From Octopus vulgaris (Eukaryota): 64,000 nt of DNA. Position numbers and translations under genes: made by a program. This document shows, piece after piece, positions 53,459 to 64,000 of this stretch. The stretch lies in the NCBI GenBank assembly GCA_951406725.2, contig OX597837.1:21514001-21578000 (forward strand), read 5' to 3'. The first letter of the stretch is position 1, and every line of letters starts with the position of its first letter. Under the pieces are notes generated by a model. The model was not told where the DNA came from, made no database searches, and was given only the letters and a program-made list of their open reading frames with translations.

Positions 53459-54582
53459 TTAACCCCTTAATGGATCAATTATTTTGACATGGCGTTTCAT
53501 TTCAGAGCATATTTTTTTATTTCCTGTTTTAATTATTTACACTGTGTTAATTACAAAAAAAAGTTTTTTATCCTGTTTCCTTTATTTTTTGTTATAGAAA
53601 TTAAAATGTACTTTTACTCATTTGGATTTAAACAAGTTAATTCGGACATTGAAAAAATACATATAACTTAACTGTCTTTATAATAATAATAATAATAAAA
53701 CATTGTGTACAGTGCTCAGGTGCACTACAACTCATCTAAAGTGTATGTATAGTACATAGGGTAATGTACAAGCGTCAGGAAAATAACAGTGCATGAGTCA
53801 TGACATACACATATGTGTATGAGTATGGAAGGGGGACAATCAGGTGTAGTTTCGGCAGATTTTGGAAAGCATGAGGGCCTTAAAGGATGCAGTGTCATGG
53901 CAGTCAACAACTGATGCAGGCAGTTTGTTTGCTTTTAAATCAAAGGAAAATGTTTAAAAAATGAGATAGGCAGTTTATTTAGAATGATAATTTTTAAAAC
54001 AAGGAGTTACACACTAAGTTATCTTGCAGACATCACACATGTATCTGCTTTCTCTTCAAATTGGACGAGCAATTGATTTCGTGCCATGCACGTGCATCTA
54101 TCTGATTATCTTCTTTGTCACCTTCTGAAAAATTGTCAGAGTCTGAATTACACATATCTAATTCATCCCCAGAACTTTCCAGATCATGAAATGAAAAATT
54201 GCTTTCATGATCGCTGAATATATCTAAATCGTCATCGATTTTGAGAAAAAAGATGCGTAAATAATTCTCTTATTTGTATAAATAATAGAGAATCAAAACG
54301 AGACGGTTCTAAAAGGACATCAACCTTCTTCAGAATCTGAGAATGCACTGAAGTAAAAGTTCAAAACTCAGAAGCATAAATTCTTTGAAATGGCGCCAGA
54401 ATATTTGCTGCCAGGCGTACGACAACGCGAGTAAATTTGCGATTGCTTAAAAATGAAACAACACAAAACAAATAAACTCGTTTGAGTGCTAAAATTAAAA
54501 GTTAATTTTGACCGAGTATACTCGTCTGGTTCTAAAAAGATACATTTGCGATGCATGAGTAAATAATCCATTAAGGGGTTAA
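53459..54582. mobile_element. piggyBac-like non-autonomous element with nested LINE 3' fragment (about 53680-53930, minus)
   Basis: TTAA|CCCCTTAATGGAT ... ATCCATTAAGGGG|TTAA. The nested piece encodes LPASVVDCHDTASFKALML (CR1-like RT C-terminus) with a (TTA)n tail. Confidence 0.75.
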
Positions 54583-55956
54583 AAGCTAGTTTTATAGATA
54601 CTGCTTTCAAAATTCCTATCTTGTATATGACTGGTTTAAATGCTAAAGGGTTAATTGTACATTCAGTTATGTGATGGTGTGTGGCTTAGTGGTTAGGGGT
54701 ATTCACTCATGACCGTAAGGTCACAAGTTCAATTCCCAGCAGCACGTTTTGTCCTTGAGCAAGACACTTTATTTTCACTTTGCTCCAGTCCACTCAGCTG
54801 GCAAAAATGTGTAGTGCCTGTATTTTAAAGGGTCAGCCTTGTCACACTCTTTGTCATACTGAATCTCCCTGAGAACTATGTGAAAAGTACACATGTCTGT
54901 GGAGTGCTCAGCCATTTGCACATTAATTTTACAAGCAGGGTGTTCCGTTGATCGGATCAGCTGAAACCCTCATTATCATAAGCAATGGTGTGCTAGTGCT
55001 ATCCCATATTCAGTTTCAACTGAGAGATGAAAGTGAAAAAAAAAAATTAATTACTGCAATGATATTGATGAGTAAGACAATCCTTCAAAAACCCTTGGGT
55101 CCATGGAAGAAAATTCATTTATATAAAAGGATCCTTTTGTATTGAAAAGGCTGAGAACCAGTAGTTTAGTCAGTTGTCATTGTTTAGTGAAGGCGCATGG
55201 CTCAGTGGTTAAAGTGTCAGGCTCACAATCACAAAGTACTGAATTCAATTCCCAGACCAGGCTGTGTGTTTTGTTCTTGAGCAAGACATTTTATTTTTTC
55301 ACACTCAGCTGTAGAAATGAGTTGCAACGTCACTGGTGCCGAGCTGTATCAGCCTTTGCCTTTCCCATGGATAACATCGGTGGTGTGGAAAGGGAAAACT
55401 GATATGCATGGGTGACTGCTGATCTTCCATAAACAACCTTCCCTGGACTTGTACCTTGGAGGGTAAGTTTCTAGGTGTAATCCTCTGGTCATTCATGACT
55501 GAAGGGAGTCCTCCTCTTCATTGTTTAGCCCCAGTGTGACACATACAGACTTATGAAGAAAAGCATTACATCCATGATGACCCCATCTTTGTAGCAGTTT
55601 CATATCACTACATTATCTAATGCGTCTTTTTTCTTTTTTTTAAGATAGTACAGTGTGATTTGAGAGGATGATTTAGCTGCCATTTCTAGCAAGCTGAGCT
55701 ATTTGTTTTATTCTATGGAATAACTGATTAAGGTGCTAGAACTTCTAATTTAACATAGGCTCAAGGCCACAAAATTTAGGGGGCAAGAAGGGTCATTGAA
55801 TTACTTAATCATAGTACTTAGGGGCTGCTTAATTTTATCAACTGCCTCAAAGTTGACAACAGTAGAATTTGAACTCAGAACCTAAAGGAATATTTTGTTT
55901 GGTATTTTACTGGTTTTGCTCCTTCACAACCTGTAATTATAAATGCTACAGACATA

Positions 55957-56365
55957 GTCATAGGAGTGGCTATGTGGTAAGTAGCTTGCTTACGAACCAC
56001 ATGGTTTCGGGTTCAGTCCCACTGCGTGGCACCTTGGGTAAGTGTCTTCTACTATAGCCTCAGGCCAACCAAAGCCTTGTGAGTGGATTTGGTAGACGGA
56101 AACTGAAAGAAGCCCGTTGTATATATGTATATATATGTGTGTGTGTGTGTGTCTGTGTTTGTGTTTGTCCCCCCAACATCGCTTGACAACCGATGCTGGT
56201 GTGTTTACGTCCCTGTAACTTAGCAGTTTGGCAAAAAAAAAGAGACCGATAAAATAAGTTCTAGGCTTACAAAGAATAAGTCCTGGGGTTGATTTGATCG
56301 ACTAAAGGCGATGCTGCAGCATGGCCACAGTCACATGACTGAAACAAGTAAAAGAGTAAAGAGAG
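55957..56365 (+). mobile_element. tRNA-derived SINE (same family as 4254)
   Basis: Full-length copy. Confidence 0.85.
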
Positions 56366-56568
56366 TCATTTTGGTTTGGAAACAGAGAAATGGTAAAACA
56401 TGCACCAAACATGGTACTAACAAGAAAATTCAAAGCATTTGCAGCACACACACGCACACACACACATAACTCTAGACTCCACCACTGCCACCACCAACAA
56501 CAACAATAACAACAACATAATGTTTATTCTTCCTAAGTAATATGTATTATTATGCTTTAATCTTTTAG

Positions 56569-56626
56569 TGAAGGTCCCATTCAATTTGGTTGTACTCATT
56601 TAAATATTCCGCCAGATGTAATCAAG
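56569..56626 (+). CDS. REV3L: REV3L small exon (EGPIQFGCTHLNIPPDVIK)
   Basis: cttttAG acceptor, AAG|GTAGG donor; FGCT.L..PPD motif; phases 2/0 fit both neighbours. Confidence 0.9.
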
Positions 56627-56797
56627 GTAGGTTTCTTTATCTTTCTTCCTATTTTTATACTTTTTACATTTCAAAAATTTTTTTTTAATTTTCGATATTC
56701 ATCTCTTTGATAGGTCTTTTTGATTTTTTTTACTTTTTTGGGGTGCTGTTACAACATTCAAATTGGATGGATATACACACACACCCATATTCATATG

Positions 56798-57670
56798 TAC
56801 AGGGTGTGATGGGTAAATTGTCACCATTTTATATTTTTAATTTCACACATGCTCATTGTTTGTTTTTTATTTTGTCAACTACACAGTGTAGTAGGGTCAG
56901 TTGGGCACTGTCTGTGAGAAAAACAGCACCATGACGCAATTCACTCTGCCAGAAATTTGGAAATGACATGCTGTACTGTTTGGTATTCATGCTGGAAGCT
57001 CCAATATGATCATTTCAGAGTGTTTGAGTGTCAATCTGAGGATATATACCAAAATTGATAAAAAATCAAACATCCAGTCAACATCATGGTGTTTGGAGCG
57101 ATCACTAGTGATGGCAACATTATGCTTCCATTCATCTTCCCACACGGACTCAGACTCAACACAGAGGCCTACATCAAGTGCCTGGAGGAGGTAGTGCCAC
57201 CCTGTGTCAAGAGGATGGTTGCTGGATGACCCTATGTCTTGCAACTCTGCACCATGTCACACAAGCAGAAGAACCTGGTCATGACTGTCAGACAGTTTCT
57301 GTGACCACATCACCCCTAACATCTGGCCACCTAACTCCCCACACTGCAACCCCCTTGATTATTATGTGTGGGGCACAGTTGAGTGGGAGACCAACAAAAC
57401 TCCTTGTAACACCAATCACGAACTGAAGGAGAGAATTATAGCAGCATTCACCAACTTAAACAATGAGATTGTCCAGAAGAGTTGCAGGAGATTCCGAAGT
57501 CGTCTAGAGGTTGTGGTTGAAGCCAATAACGATTTTATTGAATAAATTTACTCTTTAGTATTTCAAAGTATTTTTATGCAATTTTGATAAATATATCTGT
57601 TAAAATGAGATGTCAGTGTTATTTTCATTTTTGCATAATTCAGACAACAGTTTTTTCACCAGACTCTGTA
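56798..57670 (+). mobile_element. Internally deleted Tc1/mariner-superfamily transposon relic (DDxD type)
   Basis: TA|CAGGGT ... ACTCTG|TA termini; frames encode KHPVNIMVFGAITSDG and WPPNSPHCNPLDYYVWG with stops and frameshifts. Confidence 0.8.
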
Positions 57671-58464
57671 TACACACACACATTCTTACATGTGAGAGCA
57701 TTGTAGTTCGCTTGAAGCATTGTAGTGAATGAAAGGAAAGGGAAATTAGGAAAGCTTCTCACAATGCAGAAAGTTTTACAAAAGAAACTTTATATTTCAG
57801 ACAGAAAGGCCTATCTTCAGAAGAAAGCAGTCCAAGAAATGTGTATTTACATCAATCTTGTTATTTCATATTTAATTGCTCAGTGTTTGGGTTATTTCCC
57901 TTCTCTTCCATTTTCTAATTCATACACACTGGGTACTGTTGTGTCTCGGGTAATTTTAGATCTAATGTAGGTAGCCCATCTCTCTCCAGCTCTGAAAACA
58001 GTTTGAGAAAGAGAAACAGACAAGGCATACCAAAAGAAAGTGAGGGGAGTGGGGGGGGGGGAGATCCAAATTAGTACTGGACTGCTACTTTGATTGATTG
58101 ACCCCCCCAAAAGTATAAGAGGCAAAGTCGACTTTGGCAGAATGCAGAGAGATGGAACAATTATTGCAAAGCAATATATCTGATACTCTACCAACTCCTC
58201 TGTGTATGAGTGTGTGTGTGCATTAATGTATAGCTGGGTGGTGTTTTCTCAAACATTCTGTATTGCTAAGCATCTTGGCCTTTTGTCATCTGTTCCTTAA
58301 ATCTCAATATCCTTACCAGTTAATCCCATATCTTCCTGGCTCAGCCTCATTCTCAGATTCCATTTACCATGAACAGTTGGCACTTCTTTCTTTTGACCCA
58401 ATAATATTTTCAGTTATTTCTTTTTCTTAAAAAAAAATTCTTTGTTTTTTTTTTTTCAATTTAG

Positions 58465-58544
58465 AAACTGGAAAAAGATGTGACAATTTCTCCTAATGGC
58501 ATCGTATTTGTTAAAGAACACATTCGCAAAGGAATAATTTCAAG
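58465..58544 (+). CDS. REV3L: REV3L exon (KLEKDVTISPNGIVFVKEHIRKGIIS)
   Basis: tttAG acceptor, AG|GTATTT donor; SPNG..FVK...RKG motif. Confidence 0.95.
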
Positions 58545-60499
58545 GTATTTATAAATGGTTTCTTTAATTTCTTCAAATTAATTATCATTTAAATAAATTT
58601 CTGAAAACCCTGGAACATGTGCGTGCATGCATGTATGTTTGTTTGTTTCTATGCGTTTGTGTTTGTATATATGAGTGTGTGTATACTTGCATGAATGTAT
58701 ATTTTTTTCTTTTATCTTTTACTGGTTTCAGTCATTAGACTACGGCCCTCTCTTCGTGCAATAGATTGAGTTCATTGAAGGGCCTTGAAATAAATAATTT
58801 TTTTTTAAACATTTTGACCTTATTTTTTTACTGTTGCAATATAAAGACTTCAGGTTAACCATTTGGCCTTAAAATATTATAGAATTTGTTATTGTTGGTG
58901 GTATGGTAATGTCGTTTTTCTGAACTCACTGCATTTATTTTGATGCTGTTGGATTGCTTTGTAATCATAAAATAGCCAGTTCTTAATCACATTGTGTAGA
59001 ATTCTGATCAGGTGTCTTTTACTGTTTCTTGGCCAACCCAAGCTTTATAAGTGAAATTCTATTGACAGAAACTATATGAAATCCTGTAGAATAGATTGCA
59101 CTTATAATTTAAAAGTTCACTCTTATCGCATAATGTGCCAAGCTTAAGAATTGAAACAAGGACAGATGTGTCTCTGAGTGCTCAGCTGTTCATTGAGCTG
59201 ATAGTTCAGTTGATCAAACTACTGAATATTCAGTGTTGCAATAGAGATCCAAGAACTTATCAACTTCTCTGGTGTTAGTGCCACAATAAAATGCTTCCTG
59301 TACACTCTATAAAGGATTGGGTGGAGAGGACCATTTTTGGTCTTGTCAAGGACATGACAACTCCTCCAGTGCTGGTGTTATTATATAATGCACCCTGTAC
59401 ACTCTGTAGAGTGGTTTGCAATAAGAAGTACATCCACTGAAGTAACCAAGCCAAGATTAACACAAACAAACGCCAGTTCATGAGAGCAGGGGCTTCCAAT
59501 AAGAAATAGTTTGGATCATGGCAATTCATCCGGTCCATATCACCATTTGAAAGTGAATATAAAACGATGGTCATTTGCTTCTTTTGCTGACATTCAAAGA
59601 CTTAGCACCAACTGATTTGAAATGGAGGAAGAAACCTTTATGCACAGACTTCCTGCATGATTTAGTGAATATGATTTATCTTTGTTATTTAAAGTTGATA
59701 TTTTAAAAGCAAAAGTTTATCATCTTATAATTGGGTGAAGATTAGTTTAAACAATTTTTTTTTAAGTGTTGTGTTGCTGGAAGAACAGAGAAATTGTTAT
59801 TTATATCATAAAACAAGATATTTTAACCCATTAACATTCAAACAAGTCATATCCAGTCCAAATATTTTACCTGGTTTATGTTGAAACCAGCCTAGATCAA
59901 ACCTCTCTCACCTACCTTTCTTAAATCTTAAAGCTACAAGATAAGGCATGATTAATTCAAAGCAATGTGAATGAATAAGCATTACGTTTGATAGAGTAAT
60001 CTGAATGCTGAAGGATTAAATGAGGGGGTGGTGGATTTGATTCTCAGACAATAATGTTCTGTTACTGCTTTGTTCCTTGTTTCAGTCACTTGACTGTGGC
60101 CATGCTGGAGCACCACCTTAAAGGGATTTTAGTTGTAGAAATCAACCCCAAGCTTTATTCTTTGTAAGCCTAGTACTTATTCTATTGGTCTCTTCTGCCA
60201 AACTGCTAAGTTATGGGGTTGTAAACACACCAACACTGGTTGTCAAACAATGGTTGGGGGATAAACAGAGACCCAAAAACACACACATATAAATATATAC
60301 ATATACAGACATATATCTACGACGGGCTTCTGTCACCCAAATCCACTCACACGGTTTTGGTCAGCCTGAGACTATAGTAGACGATACTTGTCCAAGGTGC
60401 CACATAGTGGGACTGAACCGAGAACCATGTGGTTGGGAAGCAAGCTTCTTACCACATAACCACCTATATAATACATATTTTTCTTTGTGGTTTTTCTAG

Positions 60500-60566
60500 C
60501 ATGGTAGAAGAAATTTTGAATACTCGTTTGATGGTCAAAAAATCAATGAAGAATTGTGATGACAAA
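60500..60566 (+). CDS. REV3L: REV3L exon (MVEEILNTRLMVKKSMKNCDDK)
   Basis: tttctAG acceptor, AAA|GTAAGT donor; EEIL.TR.MVK.SMK motif. Confidence 0.95.
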
Positions 60567-61123
60567 GTAAGTTATCATTGTTCAGTTGCTTCTTTCATTT
60601 GAAAAAATTTTTTTAAATATTCTTTATATCATAAAATCATTTTCTGTGTAAATCATTTGACAACTGGATTCATACTCATCACTTGTTTTCTACAGTATTG
60701 AAGTGGAATTGGCCACAGCAAGGCTCCAAGCCTCCTACTTGTCTGTCATTTTCCACTGGTACCAAATATACATAAAAACACCATATGTACATATACAACA
60801 AAAAAGAAATCAGGTTGCCTTACAGTCTCCCTCATTATCATCATCTTTCAACAGCCATCTTCCATGCTTATTTCTGTACTGCCCACAAGGGGCTAAACAC
60901 AGAAGGGACAAACAAGGACAGACAAACGGATTAAGTCTATTACATCGAATCCAGTGCGTAACTGGTACTTAATTTATCGACCCCGAAAGGATGAAAGGCA
61001 AAGTCGACCTCGGCGAAATTTGAACTCATAATGTAACAGCAGATGAAATACTGCTAAGCATTTCACCCGGCGTGCTAATGTTTCTACCAGCTCGCTGCCT
61101 TAACATGCTGGCATAGGTTAGAC

Positions 61124-61417
61124 CAGTGCTTTGCAAACTATCTGATGTGGTGTACTGGCAGTTTTTTTTTCCCCCAATGTGCCAGGGACCAGTAATATTT
61201 CTTAGTAATATTAATTTGTACCAGAAACAATATATATAATGAATATAATAAAAATTGATATTATTTTTTAATATTATATTTATTTTGTAAACAAATAATA
61301 CAATATTACATAAGCATTTTATAATGTTTGTTTCTTTTCTGGAAACTCACCGCATACCGGCAGCTGATGGCTCACAGATCAGCACCGGTCCATGAACCAC
61401 CACTTTGAGTAGCACTA
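61124..61417. mobile_element. hAT-like MITE
   Basis: 8-bp TSD GGTTAGAC; CAGTGCT ... AGCACTA termini. Confidence 0.8.
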
Positions 61418-62078
61418 GGTTAGACAGTCTGGTTGGCACCAATGAAGGGGATCAAAGGACTACATCATGCTCCAGTATTTACTTTGGCACAGTTTACAGA
61501 GAAATAGTAACTACTTACCTCAATACGCAGTGTGACAAGGCTGGCCCTTTGAAATAGGTACTACACATTTTTGCCAACTGACTAGACTGGAGCAATGTGA
61601 GATAAAGTGTCTTGCACAAGGGTGCAATGAACCACTGGGAATCGAACTCATGACCTTACAATCATGAGCTGAATACCCTAACCAATAAGCTATGTACCTT
61701 CACCATGCAGCCCACAAGACTAAGATCCCCTTCAACTGACTGTGACTTCAGTAGAGAGGGAAGCAGTTTTATGCTTGGAGGTAAAAGGTTAGAGTATGAA
61801 GGAAGGGGCCAGAACAAGTTTCTTGCTGTAGAGGAGATACATAGATGTTGACATTATACAAGACTGGGTTGGAGTGATTGGTGTGGAGCTGGAAAAGGAG
61901 AGAGACAAAGATGGTGGTGATTTCATTCAGAAGACGCTGGTCAACCTGAAACAATGGTGGAACTGTAGGGATTGAACCTGAAACCATGTGGTTGTGAAAC
62001 AAACATCTTAACCACATAGCTGGTGGAGGTGGTTTTTTCTTCTTTTTTTTTCTCATATTTCTTTTCTTTAATCCTCAG

Positions 62079-62186
62079 AATCTGGTGAAATTGTTGCATG
62101 CCCGACAGCTGGGGCTAAAGCTGATTGCCAATGTTACCTATGGTTATACAGGGGCCAATTTCTCTGGAAGAATGCCCTGTATTGAG
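62079..62186 (+). CDS. REV3L: REV3L exon with motif B (ARQLGLKLIANVTYGYTGANFSGRMPCIE)
   Basis: cctcAG acceptor, GAG|GTATGT donor; KxxxNxxYG motif B. Confidence 0.98.
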
Positions 62187-62783
62187 GTATGTAGTTACTA
62201 TTTCTTTATATTTTCTACTGTGATTATTGTAAACAAGTTTTAAGACTGTGAAATGCTGACATTCTTCATTCCATCCCATCCTCGTCTTTTTTTCTAATAG
62301 CCTACAAGGTACAATGGCTGTAGAGGTAAAGTACTGGACTGCAGACCACATGGTCATAAGTTCAAATCTTACAACCATCATTGGTTTGTGTTTCTGAGTA
62401 AGAGTTCTAAGAGTTTGCTTGTATTGCTCTTAACCCTTTTGATACCAATCCACCTGAGACCAAGCCAAAGCAGATTATGGAACCTGGTGCAGCCCCTGGC
62501 CCTTACCAGTTCCTGTCAAGCTCTCCAACCCATTCCAGCATGAAAAATGGTTGTTAAATGATGATGATAGCACAAGGCCTAGTTGTGAGACTGTTTTAAG
62601 GTTGGGTATTCATCTCCCCAGACTGGGCTACATGTATCTTTAGACTAGGTACTTCACTTCATGTTGCTCCATCTACTCAGTTGAAAACTGAGTCCCAGCA
62701 TCAACTGGTAATAACATCATGACAAACTGACATCCTGGCAAAGGTAAAAGCTTCAAAGATTGGAGTAACAACTGCTATTTCAT

Positions 62784-63172
62784 CTGGAGGCGCAATGGCC
62801 CAGTGGTTAGGGCAGTGGACTCGCGGTCATAGGATCGCGGTTTCGATTCCCAGACCGGGCGTTGTGAGTGTTTATTGAGCGAAAACACCTAAAGCTCCAC
62901 GAGTCTCCGGCAGGGGATGGTGGCAATCCCTGCTGTACTCTTTCACCACAACTTTCTCTCACTCTTACTTCCTGTTTCTGTTGTACCTGTATTTCAAAGG
63001 GCCGGCCTTGTCACTCTCTGTGTCATGCTGAATATCCCCGAGAACTACGTTAAGGGTACACGTGTCTGTGGAGTGCTCAGCCACTTACACATTAATTTCA
63101 CGAGCAGGCTGTTCCGTTGATTTGGATCAACCGGAACCCTCGTCGTCGTAACCGACGGAGTGCTTCCATCCA
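62784..63172 (+). mobile_element. tRNA-derived SINE (ggaggcgcaatggcccagtggttagg head)
   Basis: A and B boxes; CpG-rich and probably young; partial reverse copy at about 18510-18664. Confidence 0.8.
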
Positions 63173-63230
63173 TTTCATCTATATTGTAGAAAGGTTATCA
63201 TGATTGCTGAAGTTGTTCAATACCTCAGCT

Positions 63231-63394
63231 CAGGGCCATCTTAAGACATGTGCATACAGGGAAGTTGCCCAAGGACTGACTAGTCTAGGGGCTCAAATCT
63301 GATCTATGTGTATTGTGTCTTGTCAATAAAAAGTACTATAGGACCCAGTGTACTGATTTACTCCAGGGCCTATAAAGCTGTTAAGATGGCCCCA
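63231..63394. mobile_element. hAT-like MITE
   Basis: 8-bp TSD CCTCAGCT; TIR gggccatcttaa / ttaagatggccc. Confidence 0.8.
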
Positions 63395-63543
63395 CCTCAG
63401 CTGATACTGTTAGCTTGCTGTGCTTAATTCAATTTCTGTCTGAAGCCAACAAATGCTATCTTTCTTTTAGTTCTACTGCAACTACAACACACGCTTTGTG
63501 TAGTCACTCACCATTAAACCTAACCTTTCTATTTTTAACATAG

Positions 63544-63653
63544 GTGGCAGACAGCATTGTACGAAAGGCGCGAGAGACACTGGAAAGAGCAATAAAACTG
63601 ATTGAAGATACACCTGGTTGGGGAGCAAAAGTGATATATGGAGACACAGACAG
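63544..63653 (+). CDS. REV3L: REV3L exon with catalytic motif C (VADSIVRKARETLERAI...VIYGDTD-S)
   Basis: catAG acceptor, AG|GTAAGT donor; YGDTD intact with the following codon split by the intron; the gene continues beyond the window. Confidence 0.98.
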
Positions 63654-64000
63654 GTAAGTTAATGACAGCTGATTCTGTGATCTTTCTGTCATTGTCGTCG
63701 TCTACACGGCCCGCCCCGACTCGTTCGAAGAGATCGAGACGAAAGGGATCGCTTGCATACGACCCGACTTGCCGTTCAGAGTGACGTGCTTAGTGGAGCA
63801 GCTACCACACTGCGATCTATTGAGTCTCTTCTCGCGAACAACACGATCCGCCCCTTCGAGGCGGAAGGAGGTGAGGTGCAAAAGATGGCAAACTAAAGCG
63901 CAATCAAGCGGTGGAGGTGGTGACAGCGGCGTTATCCGCCATTCGTTGATCGCGCTGGTCGGGTGGGGCAAAGAAGTGTTTGCAGCGGCGAACGACTTCG

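Overview
AT-rich, repeat-dense eukaryotic genomic DNA; the SINE, MITE and (TA)n landscape resembles an octopus or other cephalopod genome (inference). From 39,270 to 63,653 the + strand carries 13 phase-consistent GT-AG exons of REV3L (DNA polymerase zeta catalytic subunit). They encode a REV7-binding-type motif, the exonuclease-like domain and B-family polymerase motifs A, B and C; the gene runs off both ends of what I can trace. The rest is intron-type DNA filled with several tRNA-derived SINE families, hAT-, piggyBac-, mariner- and 8-bp-TSD MITEs, Helitron-like elements, decayed mariner/Tc1 and LINE fragments, and one near-perfect 835-bp tandem duplication. The most notable signal is a set of type I hammerhead ribozymes in Penelope-like or retrozyme-like elements inserted into (TA)n and (TAA)n microsatellites. 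These include a 546-nt 1.3-mer with a 5' inversion and a tRNA-headed SINE carrying a hammerhead. The three cleanest cores are antisense to REV3L, and the sense copies are mostly damaged. The last ~310 bp are an abrupt CpG-rich segment of unknown origin. All assignments were made by eye; comparisons with human REV3L are from memory, and repeat boundaries are approximate.
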